The notes under the pieces were generated by a model. It was not told where the DNA came from and searched no databases. It saw only the letters and a list, made by a program, of their open reading frames with translations. Made by a program: the position numbers and the translations under genes. DNA of 53,482 nucleotides from an uncultured Gammaproteobacteria bacterium (GTDB lineage Bacteria > Patescibacteriota > Patescibacteriia > UBA2196 > CAYSSY01): positions 16,076 to 69,557 of the forward strand of contig CAYSSY010000002.1 of assembly GCA_964434055.1 (NCBI GenBank), in the 5' to 3' direction. Positions 29,903-37,905 of the stretch are shown here, piece by piece (within the stretch, counting starts at the first letter, position 1; the number at the start of each line of letters is the position of its first letter).

Positions 29903-31474
29903 CTATTTCTTCGGTAAAAAAAATTTTTTAAAAACCTCAATCTCCGGTGATTTTAAATAATAAGTTAAAATAACATAGGTTAAAAGACCCAAACCGCCAG
30001 CAAACAACCCTTGTATTAACACACCCCAAAAGGTAGTCATATCAACAAAAAAAGAAAAAAATGGCTTAGCGATCTGAGTTACTAAAGCAGCCACTAAGGT
30101 AGCGAGACTAATCTTAATGACTGAAGCGAGAATTTGTTTCTCATCTAAATAACCAGCTCTCTGTCTTAAAATAATGAAAAGTAGAAGAACGTTAATAATA
30201 CTGGCAATGGAAAAAGCCAAAGCTAAGCCCTCAACACCAAATTTTTTCGTCAAAAAAAGTGATAAAATTAAATTTAAAATTAATGTAATTAGACTGATGA
30301 AAAAAGGAGTCTTGGTATCGTGTCGAGCGTAAAAAGCACGTGTAAAAATCGGCTGCACCCCTTGGGCAAAGAGAGATAAACAAAAAAATCCCAACGAATC
30401 AGCGGTTAAGATGGTGTCAGTCCAATCAAAATTACCAGCACCGAGAGTAACACGTACTATCTGAGCACGTAATAAAATTATTATGGCACTTAAGGGAATA
30501 ATTAGATAAAGCACCCGCCGAGTCGCCACTGAAAACTGAATCATATACCCCTCTTGATCGCCAGCACTATAACTTTCAGAGAAAGCCGGAAAAGCAGCGA
30601 GTGCTATTGAAATTGCAAAAATACCAATAGGAAAACTTTGCAAATTAAAAGCAAAATTAAATATGGCAAGAGAGCCTGCAGCCAAAGTTGAAGCAATAAT
30701 AGTTATAACAATCTGGTTAATCTGATTAATACCTAAAGCTACGGTGCGCGGCAACATTAACTTAATTACTTGTTTAACTTCTGGTAAATGCCAATTAAAG
30801 TGTCGGGACCAAAAAAAACCAGCCGCCATAATTGGTGGCACTTGAATCATCAAATGAAAAAAAGCTCCTAAAACTACCCCCCAAGCCAAACCAATGATCC
30901 CCAAAGGTTTAACCAAAAAAATAATTCCAAAAATTATGCCAAGATTATACATAATCGGTGCCAGGGAAAAAACAGCAAATTTCTTTAAAGAGTTTAAAAC
31001 ACCGCTAAAAACATTGCTAATACCAAAAAAAATAATGCTTAAAAGCATGATCCGTGTCAGTTTAACTGTTAGCTCAATTTTTTCCTGACTAAATCCTGGA
31101 GCAATTATTACCATCAGCTGACTAGCACCAAAAAAACATACCACCCCTAAAATTATTAAAACCAAAGTTAAAATATTTATAATGCCAGAAGCCAATTGCC
31201 AGGCTTTATGTCTTTCAGTCTCTGCTTGCCAAAGTTGAACAAAAACCGGAATAAAAGCCGCTGATAATGCGCCCAAAACAAGAGTGTTGAAAATTAAATC
31301 TGGCAGTTTAAAAGCGGCAAAATAAACATCAAGAATGTCTCCGGCGCCGAAATGCGAGGCCAGTAACCGATCACGAATTAAACCTAAAAAACGGGAAATA
31401 ATACTTAAAGCAGCAATTATGACTGCACCGCCGCCAATTGTCGTTTTTAATTTTTTAGATATTACCTGATACAT
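29903..31474 (-). CDS. murJ: Lipid II flippase MurJ (MviN)
   Basis: SRFLGLIRDRLLASHFG, AAFKLPDLIF, AAFIPVF, QSFPIGIF, RAFYARHDTKTP. Confidence 0.94.
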   Translation of the reverse strand: MYQVISKKLKTTIGGGAVIIAALSIISRFLGLIRDRLLASHFGAGDILDVYFAAFKLPDLIFNTLVLGALSAAFIPVFVQLWQAETERHKAWQLASGIINILTLVLIILGVVCFFGASQLMVIIAPGFSQEKIELTVKLTRIMLLSIIFFGISNVFSGVLNSLKKFAVFSLAPIMYNLGIIFGIIFLVKPLGIIGLAWGVVLGAFFHLMIQVPPIMAAGFFWSRHFNWHLPEVKQVIKLMLPRTVALGINQINQIVITIIASTLAAGSLAIFNFAFNLQSFPIGIFAISIALAAFPAFSESYSAGDQEGYMIQFSVATRRVLYLIIPLSAIIILLRAQIVRVTLGAGNFDWTDTILTADSLGFFCLSLFAQGVQPIFTRAFYARHDTKTPFFISLITLILNLILSLFLTKKFGVEGLALAFSIASIINVLLLFIILRQRAGYLDEKQILASVIKISLATLVAALVTQIAKPFFSFFVDMTTFWGVLIQGLFAGGLGLLTYVILTYYLKSPEIEVFKKFFLPKK

Positions 31475-31512
31475 TAATTTAATTCTATCATTTAACTTAA
31501 AATTTAAAAAGC

Positions 31513-31764
31513 AAAAAAAACCGGTAGGCTGCCGATTCTTGTCACCGAGTCTTAGACCATCACTTTAAATGATAATATAAGTATTGGGCGACTATCCAAA
31601 GTTTAAAGGGATAATGTTTTGAAGAGAAGAGAGATTTTGATTTTTTTACCTGTTATCGATGAAGAAAACAGGATTTGTTTATCTCCTCTAAACTCGTTTA
31701 AACCGGCAGCCTACCGGCTTCTCCTATTTTTAGGCAGAGCGCGCTTGATTGTGGTCTTTGATCT
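31513..31764 (-). ncRNA. Candidate structured non-coding RNA, unit 1 (~250 nt)
   Basis: Consensus promoter upstream; 14-bp closing stem 31521-31534/31704-31717 followed by T8 on the minus strand; internal stems with G-U pairs on the minus strand; no ORF or known family recognised. Confidence 0.6.
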
Positions 31765-31770
31765 TACTTA

Positions 31771-31798
31771 ATTATACTATTTTTTTAAAAATTGTCAA
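31771..31798 (-). promoter_or_regulatory. Sigma70-type promoter for RNA unit 1
   Basis: TTGACA (31793-31798), 16-nt spacer, TATAAT (31771-31776). Confidence 0.75.
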
Positions 31799-31858
31799 TT
31801 CTATTAAGATTTTATACAATATTAATACTGACCAATCAATTAAAACGCTAAACCTTTA

Positions 31859-32289
31859 TTAAGGAAAAATTTGGAGGTTAATCCGAAGTAAATTTAAAAA
31901 AATTTAGCTTCGATCCCCCAAAGACGAATCTTTAGTAGTGTCACTAAAAATTGTGACACGGTATTAAAGAGTTTCGTTGGTTATAAACGCACGGGGTACA
32001 TTATTCCCAACCTTAAGTCGCTTTAAAAAAGCAACGATCGGGAACGAGCACTATTTAGTCAAGAACAGACCAGTAAGGACCGGTCAAGGTGTCTTGATTA
32101 AAAAACAAGCGCCTAACCTCCAAATTTTTCCTTAAAAACACAAAAAGCAGCTTAAAGAGAAATATCTAAAGCCGCTTTTTGTGTTAGGTGTTAAGACAAA
32201 TATCTGTTTTATCTCGACACCTAAAAATTTAAGGCAAATCTCTCTTCGTTGAAATAAATATTTAAATTATTTTTTCAAAATTAATTTAA
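31859..32289 (-). ncRNA. Candidate structured non-coding RNA, unit 2 (~430 nt)
   Basis: Perfect promoter upstream; two 5' hairpins (32137-32185, 32185-32223); perfect 22-bp stem 31859-31880/32114-32135 enclosing a multibranch domain; no ORF. Confidence 0.6.
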
Positions 32290-32295
32290 CTGCTT

Positions 32296-32324
32296 ATTAT
32301 ACTCCTGTTAAACAAACTTGTCAA
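32296..32324 (-). promoter_or_regulatory. Sigma70-type promoter for RNA unit 2
   Basis: TTGACA (32319-32324), 17-nt spacer, TATAAT (32296-32301). Confidence 0.8.
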
Positions 32325-32387
32325 GTCAAATGCTAATTAATTTTATTTATAATTAGCAAAAAAGAGCTAATTTATTTAAAAAAAGCC

Positions 32388-32416
32388 TTGACAAATCCTA
32401 AAAAAAGACTTATAAT
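32388..32416 (+). promoter_or_regulatory. Sigma70-type promoter for the DUF11 adhesin gene
   Basis: TTGACA (32388-32393), 17-nt spacer, TATAAT (32411-32416). Confidence 0.8.
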
Positions 32417-32545
32417 AGCAAGTTAATAATTAAACTTTAATATAGAGAAGAGAGTTTGAGAATTAACTGTAAATTTCAAAAACTCTCATCTTTAAAAAAA
32501 GGGAGTTTTATTTTTTATCAATTTTGATAACTTAAAATTAAATAT

Positions 32546-35509
32546 ATGAAAAAATCTCAAAAAATATTTATTATTCTAGCTTTATCTTTAATTATAGCTA
32601 TTGTGTCTGTAAAAGATGTTTCTGCAACATCCAATCTCTGCGAAATAAACGCAGCTATAAATTATTCAGGGACGGATTATGTGAGTGTCTGCGCTTTTCA
32701 TAGTACCTGTCCTCAAGAAAGACTTAACGCAGCAACTGTTAATGTCTCTACAGCTGGCAACTACGAAGTCGAGGCTTATGTTTGGTACAACAGTGGTGAT
32801 GAACAAAAAAATGAAAGTTATTTTTTAGTTGTCAAAAACGCTAATGGCAATAAATCTTATCCTCTGGACGCTAATGCCGGCAAATATAAAGTAATCGCTG
32901 ATGATCCGGGCGATCCCCATGGTGCCACTCGCAAATCAGGAGTCTTTTATTTTGACCAAGGCATAAATACTATTGAACTTCATCATTATATCCAAATAGC
33001 CAGTCAGTATCCGGCCTATGTTGTGGCAGGACCAATTACCGGGCCAGAAAGTGTAAAAATTAAATCTTTAAAAATTAAATGCACTGTAACAGACCCGTGC
33101 ATAAATAACCACAAACCGGTTGCTAATGCCGGTTCTGATCAAACTGTCTTTTTGGGTGATACCGTTCAATTTGACGGCTCGCTGTCTAGCGATGCTGACG
33201 GTGACCAATTAACTTTTAAGTGGTATCTTGATAACGGTGCGGTTTTAGACGGCGACAAAGCTAGTTATGCAAATTTTGCCTTAGGCACACGTTATGTTAC
33301 CCTAACAGTTAATGATCAATGTAACTTGGTCCAAGACTACGTTTTAGTGCACGTCAATCCGAAAACCATAAATATAGTCAGCGATAAATTAGTTTCCGAC
33401 AATGATGAGATAAAAACTCACAGTAATACTTCTCGGCCAGGTGAGGAAATAATCTACACTTTAAAGATTGAGAATAAAAATTCTACCGCTATAAAAAATA
33501 TTCGACTGGAAGATAATTATGATCAAAACTATCTGATTGTTTTAAATCCAGATGGCGGTAGTGATAATGGTGATAAAATCAGTTGGCAACTTGGCGATCT
33601 TTCTTCTGGCGCTGTTGTCGAAAAAACAGTCAGAATGAAAATAAAAGATTCGATTACCAACAACCTAAACTTTAAAAACTACCTCTCTTGTCAGACAGAT
33701 AACGCTGGTAGCTGCGCTAATGAGGTAACTACTCAAGTGGTCTTACCGAATGTACCAGCTGAACTTTTTATCAGCAAAAGCGTTTCTGATAACAATGAAT
33801 CAAAAGTGGCTAACAATGTTGCTGAACGTAATGAATTATTAACTTATTACTTACGAGCTGAGAATCGAAGCCAGACGACAATAAAAAATTTGAGAATTGA
33901 AGATGATTATGATCAAAATTATACTGAAGTTATCTCATGGGAAACTGGCGGTAGTCATAATGGTGACAAAATTTCCTGGTCATTAGGAGATTTAGCACCC
34001 TATAGTGCTGTGGAAAAAACTATGATTGTGCGCGTTAAAGGTGATGTTGCTGATGAAACAAATTTTAAAAACTTTTTGCGTTCATATGCTGATAATGTCA
34101 GCTCTCAACAAAAAGAAGTCACAACCAGAATTGATGTTGTTAATCAAGATCAAGTTACATTGGCTCTCGATAAGACTGTTTCCGATAGTGATGAAACCAA
34201 TAAAGACTATACAAGTTCTCACAAAAATGAAGTTTTAACTTACCGCTTAGATTATCATGTTAATGGTCGCGGAATTGCCCGCAATGTTGTCCTGCGTGAT
34301 GATTATGACCAGCGCTATGTGCGTATTATTTCCACTGACGGCGGTTCAAACAATGGTAATGAGATTGTTTGGCAGTTGGGCAACCTGGAATCGGGTTACC
34401 ACACCACCCGTTATGTGACTGTCCAGATTGTTAATGATTTTGACAATAGCCTGGAAATAAGTAATTGGGCTTATTTAAGAGCTGATAACGCACCGGCCGT
34501 TGAAGACCGGGTCAGAACAAACATTGAAGGCAATATAGACAATCAAAATGCTTATTTAAATATTGTCAAAACTGTTTTTGACAATGACGAAAACGAAGTT
34601 CATCGCAACTCGGCTAATGTTGGCGAACAGTTGACTTATAAAATAAAAATTTCTAATAACTCCACAATGGTTGCCCAAAACGTCATTTTAACTGATGATT
34701 ATGATCAGAATAAAATTGTCATTATTTCCTTTACTGGCAATGCTAATGACAACGGTGACCAACTATCTTGGTCGATTGGAAATCTCGATCCAGGCAGGAC
34801 CGCTGAACGGTTTATAACCGCCAAAGTGAAAGAAAATCTGAGCGGTAATCCAATAGTCATTAATAACGTGGCTAAAGTTACCGGCAGTAATATTCAGACC
34901 ATGTCAGACCAAACTGTCACTACTGTAATTGCCAAACCAGAACTAAACGTCACCAAGACTGTCAGTGACAATGATGAATTCGATAGCCATAATAATACTG
35001 CTGAACCATTAGAAACATTACTGTATACTATAACTGTTGAAAATACTGGTTTAACAACTTTAGAAAATGTCGTGGTGATTGATAATTATGATGAGCGCTA
35101 TCTTAAAATTATTTCGACTGATAGTGGTACTGACGACGGACATGTTATTCGTTGGCAAATCAACAGTTTAAAAGCAGGTGAACAAACTACTAGAGTTTTA
35201 ACCGTTCAATTGAATGACCAGGTTAGAAATGGCCTAAACGTTCTTAATCGTGTGACAGCTACTGCAAACAATGTTAACCCTGATAATGATAGTACTTTAA
35301 CTTCTGTTTATATTCCCGGTGTTACAATAACCGCAACCTCAACTACTCCATATGCCCCGCGGACTGGTGCTGGTTTAATTTTTCCGGCTTTAGGCGGCCT
35401 GTCAGCTGGTTCACTCGCTGGTTTATCTTCATTCGCTTATCTTAAGAAAAAGAAAAAAGCCAAAAAAAATGATAATATTACAACTTCAATCAGATTTAAC
35501 CCGGCCTAA
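32546..35509 (+). CDS. Large secreted surface protein: PKD domain, five DUF11-like repeats, C-terminal sortase-type sorting signal
   Basis: Signal peptide; PKD (PVANAGSDQTV..FDGSLSSD); five ~130-aa repeats K-x-V-S-D-x-D-E...D-D/N-Y-D; APRTG + hydrophobic segment + KKKKKAKK. Confidence 0.85.
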   Translation: MKKSQKIFIILALSLIIAIVSVKDVSATSNLCEINAAINYSGTDYVSVCAFHSTCPQERLNAATVNVSTAGNYEVEAYVWYNSGDEQKNESYFLVVKNANGNKSYPLDANAGKYKVIADDPGDPHGATRKSGVFYFDQGINTIELHHYIQIASQYPAYVVAGPITGPESVKIKSLKIKCTVTDPCINNHKPVANAGSDQTVFLGDTVQFDGSLSSDADGDQLTFKWYLDNGAVLDGDKASYANFALGTRYVTLTVNDQCNLVQDYVLVHVNPKTINIVSDKLVSDNDEIKTHSNTSRPGEEIIYTLKIENKNSTAIKNIRLEDNYDQNYLIVLNPDGGSDNGDKISWQLGDLSSGAVVEKTVRMKIKDSITNNLNFKNYLSCQTDNAGSCANEVTTQVVLPNVPAELFISKSVSDNNESKVANNVAERNELLTYYLRAENRSQTTIKNLRIEDDYDQNYTEVISWETGGSHNGDKISWSLGDLAPYSAVEKTMIVRVKGDVADETNFKNFLRSYADNVSSQQKEVTTRIDVVNQDQVTLALDKTVSDSDETNKDYTSSHKNEVLTYRLDYHVNGRGIARNVVLRDDYDQRYVRIISTDGGSNNGNEIVWQLGNLESGYHTTRYVTVQIVNDFDNSLEISNWAYLRADNAPAVEDRVRTNIEGNIDNQNAYLNIVKTVFDNDENEVHRNSANVGEQLTYKIKISNNSTMVAQNVILTDDYDQNKIVIISFTGNANDNGDQLSWSIGNLDPGRTAERFITAKVKENLSGNPIVINNVAKVTGSNIQTMSDQTVTTVIAKPELNVTKTVSDNDEFDSHNNTAEPLETLLYTITVENTGLTTLENVVVIDNYDERYLKIISTDSGTDDGHVIRWQINSLKAGEQTTRVLTVQLNDQVRNGLNVLNRVTATANNVNPDNDSTLTSVYIPGVTITATSTTPYAPRTGAGLIFPALGGLSAGSLAGLSSFAYLKKKKKAKKNDNITTSIRFNPA

Positions 35510-35530
35510 AATATTCGTTGATAAAGAAAT

Positions 35531-36361
35531 ATGAACGGTAATCCTTATAATACTAACCAACTTGATGTTAAAAAAAGCAGCAAAAGAGCAATTGTTTTAT
35601 CATTAATAACTTTTGCCATTGTTTCTTTTGGCGCTGGTGTGACCATCTTTGCCTTACAGCAAAAAAACATTCAAGACAATAAATTATTGGCACTAAATTA
35701 TAGTTCTCCCATTAGTGGCATGGTTCTGGGAGCAAAAACAAATGTTAATCAAACTGTAAAAATTGCCGTTTATTCAAAAGAACTTGATCCTGATCAGGAT
35801 GGTTTGAATAATAAAATGGAAGAAATTTTAGGAACTGACCCGAACAATCCTGATACTGACAAAGACGGCAAAAAAGATGGCTATGAAATGAATGTTGGCG
35901 ATGATCCAACATCATTGGGAAAAATAAATACTTCAATTAATATCCCAAAAATAAAAATAACCGCACCGGTTATTTGGTCAGCTTCAACCGACGAAGCCAG
36001 TATTCAAAAAGACCTGCAAAAGGGAGTTATCCATTATCCAGGAACTTCTATGCCTGGTCAAACTGGTAATTCATTTATAACTGGCCATTCTTCTGACTAC
36101 AGTTGGACCAAAGGAAATTACAAAAATATTTTTAGTAATCTCCATAAACTTAATGTGGGTGATTCGGTAAAAATTGAATATAATCTACACAACGGACGAC
36201 GCATCACTTATGAATACAAAATAATTTCAGAAGACATAGTAATGCCGAACGACAGCCGTTTATTTGAAAAAACCAATAAGAAAATCTTGACCTTGGTCAC
36301 TTGTTGGCCGCTCAACTCGAGCTGGAAACGATTAATGTTTAAAGCGGTGCTGGTGGAATAA
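35531..36361 (+). CDS. Sortase with N-terminal TM and DxDxDG calcium-binding repeats
   Basis: GVIHYPGT..PGQTGNSFITGHS (His), LTLVTCWP (Cys), KRLMFKA (Arg); DPDQDG and DTDKDG repeats. Confidence 0.9.
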   Translation: MNGNPYNTNQLDVKKSSKRAIVLSLITFAIVSFGAGVTIFALQQKNIQDNKLLALNYSSPISGMVLGAKTNVNQTVKIAVYSKELDPDQDGLNNKMEEILGTDPNNPDTDKDGKKDGYEMNVGDDPTSLGKINTSINIPKIKITAPVIWSASTDEASIQKDLQKGVIHYPGTSMPGQTGNSFITGHSSDYSWTKGNYKNIFSNLHKLNVGDSVKIEYNLHNGRRITYEYKIISEDIVMPNDSRLFEKTNKKILTLVTCWPLNSSWKRLMFKAVLVE

Positions 36362-36375
36362 AAAAAATAATTAAA

Positions 36376-36405
36376 AAAATACCCTACTAAAAAGTAGGGT
36401 ATTTT
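36376..36405. terminator. Bidirectional intrinsic terminator
   Basis: AAAATACCCTACT-aaaa-AGTAGGGTATTTT between the sortase and L,D-transpeptidase genes. Confidence 0.88.
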
Positions 36406-36415
36406 GATTAATCAA

Positions 36416-37813
36416 TTAATTACTAACGAAAACTGGCGTACCAACAACAACCCAATCATAAAGTTCTTCAGCAGCTACAAGTGATAATCTGACACAGCCG
36501 TGTGAAACACGCTGACCTAAATGATTAGCACCTTCATAAACAATTTTTTTACCATTTTTCCAATAAGGCAGACCGTGAATGCCGGCACCTCCCCAGGTAA
36601 AACCCAACCAGTGAGGCATATAAAGATTATATGCCCGGGAATAAGCAACCTCAATTTTATTTAAAATTTTAAATTCTCCAATTGGAGTCGGCATGCTTTT
36701 TTTACCACTGGAAACAATTTGCTCATTTATCAGATAACCATTCTGATAATAGCGCAATTTCTGTTCTGATATATCAACTGCTATATATTTCTCTATTTTT
36801 TTTTCAGCAGTCTTTATTCTCTCCTGAGCCACAACTAACTCTAACTTTCTGTCGCCGTCAATATCGCCAACAATAGTCTGCAAGCCACCTTGATAATCTT
36901 TTTCAAAAGGCTTAAGTTCCCGCACCACTTTTTTACTGCTCAAATTAACAAATAATAAAAGCGGCTCTGACAGTAAACCACCGGAAACAATTATTTCTTT
37001 ATCCTGACCATTGTTATAAAATGAAAAATTAATTTCTTTGGATTTAAATTGATCAAACGACAATTCCCAAATATTTCTGCCCGAATACTGGTAAGCCTGT
37101 ATAACCGGACGCCCTAATTTAAAACCACTAATAAATATTTCATTTTTTTTGTCAGAATCAAAATCAAAAATTTGAATTTGTTTTATTACTGTTAGCCCAT
37201 CAAGAGATAATTCTTGATTTAACTGTCCGAGCAAATTAAAAATTCTTATCTTGCTCGGTGCACTACGTTGCCAGACAATAATTTCCGGCTTATTATCATT
37301 ATCAACATCACCGGCAGTAACTCTGATCCCGGAAAGGTCTTTCTTGTCTCCACTAAAAAAACCGGGGTTAATTTTCATTTTCCCAAAACCATCTAAAATC
37401 CTAACATGCGGTCCGCCGCCCTCACCTGCCCCGACCACCAACTCGCTTTTCTTATCATTATCAAAATCAGCCGTTGTTAAACTGACTCCACCAAAAAAAT
37501 TCTCATTATAAACTAAATATTCATTAATCAGATTTCCATAACCATCAAAAATTTTTAACCAAGGCTGCCCGCCGGTACCGTTAGTCAAAACTATTTCCTG
37601 TTGTCCGTCACCGCCTAAATCGACTAATGAAAAATTAATCTGACGCGCTTTGTCACCAATATCAGCAACTTTAAAAATTCGTTCTGTTGTTAATTTCTCA
37701 TAATCTAAAACTTTTAACAGATATTGCTGACTACTATCTTGAGCAATAACACTGTCCGCACTGCTTAAAAAAAATAGAGAACTGACAATACTAATAAAAT
37801 AAAAATATTTCAT
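36416..37813 (-). CDS. L,D-transpeptidase (YkuD) with N-terminal FG-GAP/VCBS repeats
   Basis: Signal peptide; DxDxDGxxE repeats with GAGEGGGPHVRI; YIAVDISEQ, TPIGEF, GIHG, SHGCVRL. Confidence 0.9.
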   Translation of the reverse strand: MKYFYFISIVSSLFFLSSADSVIAQDSSQQYLLKVLDYEKLTTERIFKVADIGDKARQINFSLVDLGGDGQQEIVLTNGTGGQPWLKIFDGYGNLINEYLVYNENFFGGVSLTTADFDNDKKSELVVGAGEGGGPHVRILDGFGKMKINPGFFSGDKKDLSGIRVTAGDVDNDNKPEIIVWQRSAPSKIRIFNLLGQLNQELSLDGLTVIKQIQIFDFDSDKKNEIFISGFKLGRPVIQAYQYSGRNIWELSFDQFKSKEINFSFYNNGQDKEIIVSGGLLSEPLLLFVNLSSKKVVRELKPFEKDYQGGLQTIVGDIDGDRKLELVVAQERIKTAEKKIEKYIAVDISEQKLRYYQNGYLINEQIVSSGKKSMPTPIGEFKILNKIEVAYSRAYNLYMPHWLGFTWGGAGIHGLPYWKNGKKIVYEGANHLGQRVSHGCVRLSLVAAEELYDWVVVGTPVFVSN

Positions 37814-37905
37814 GTTTAAATGATAGCAAAAAAATGTCTTTCAAGCAAAAAAATATCACCCCGAGTATGGAAGGGTGACATTTCATTAATAAAATTTTTT
37901 ATTTT

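Noticed and set aside
31859-32135. Type I toxin mRNA with a sequestered SD (GGAGGT in the 22-bp stem)
   Set aside because: No ATG or GTG follows at SD distance on either strand; the only option is a 7-codon TTG frame with no hydrophobic peptide.
31475-32545. Known riboswitch, T-box or retron assignment for the structured gap
   Set aside because: I saw no recognisable aptamer or T-box consensus and there is no RT in the window. It is left as an unknown RNA candidate, with a MITE as an open alternative.
33373-35320. Recurring GATTATGA-type words at roughly 400-nt spacing, considered as a CRISPR array or DGR template/variable repeats
   Set aside because: They are codons for the conserved DDYD/DNYD motif of protein repeats. 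The spacing is far too long for CRISPR, the differences are not adenine-specific, and no cas or RT gene is present.
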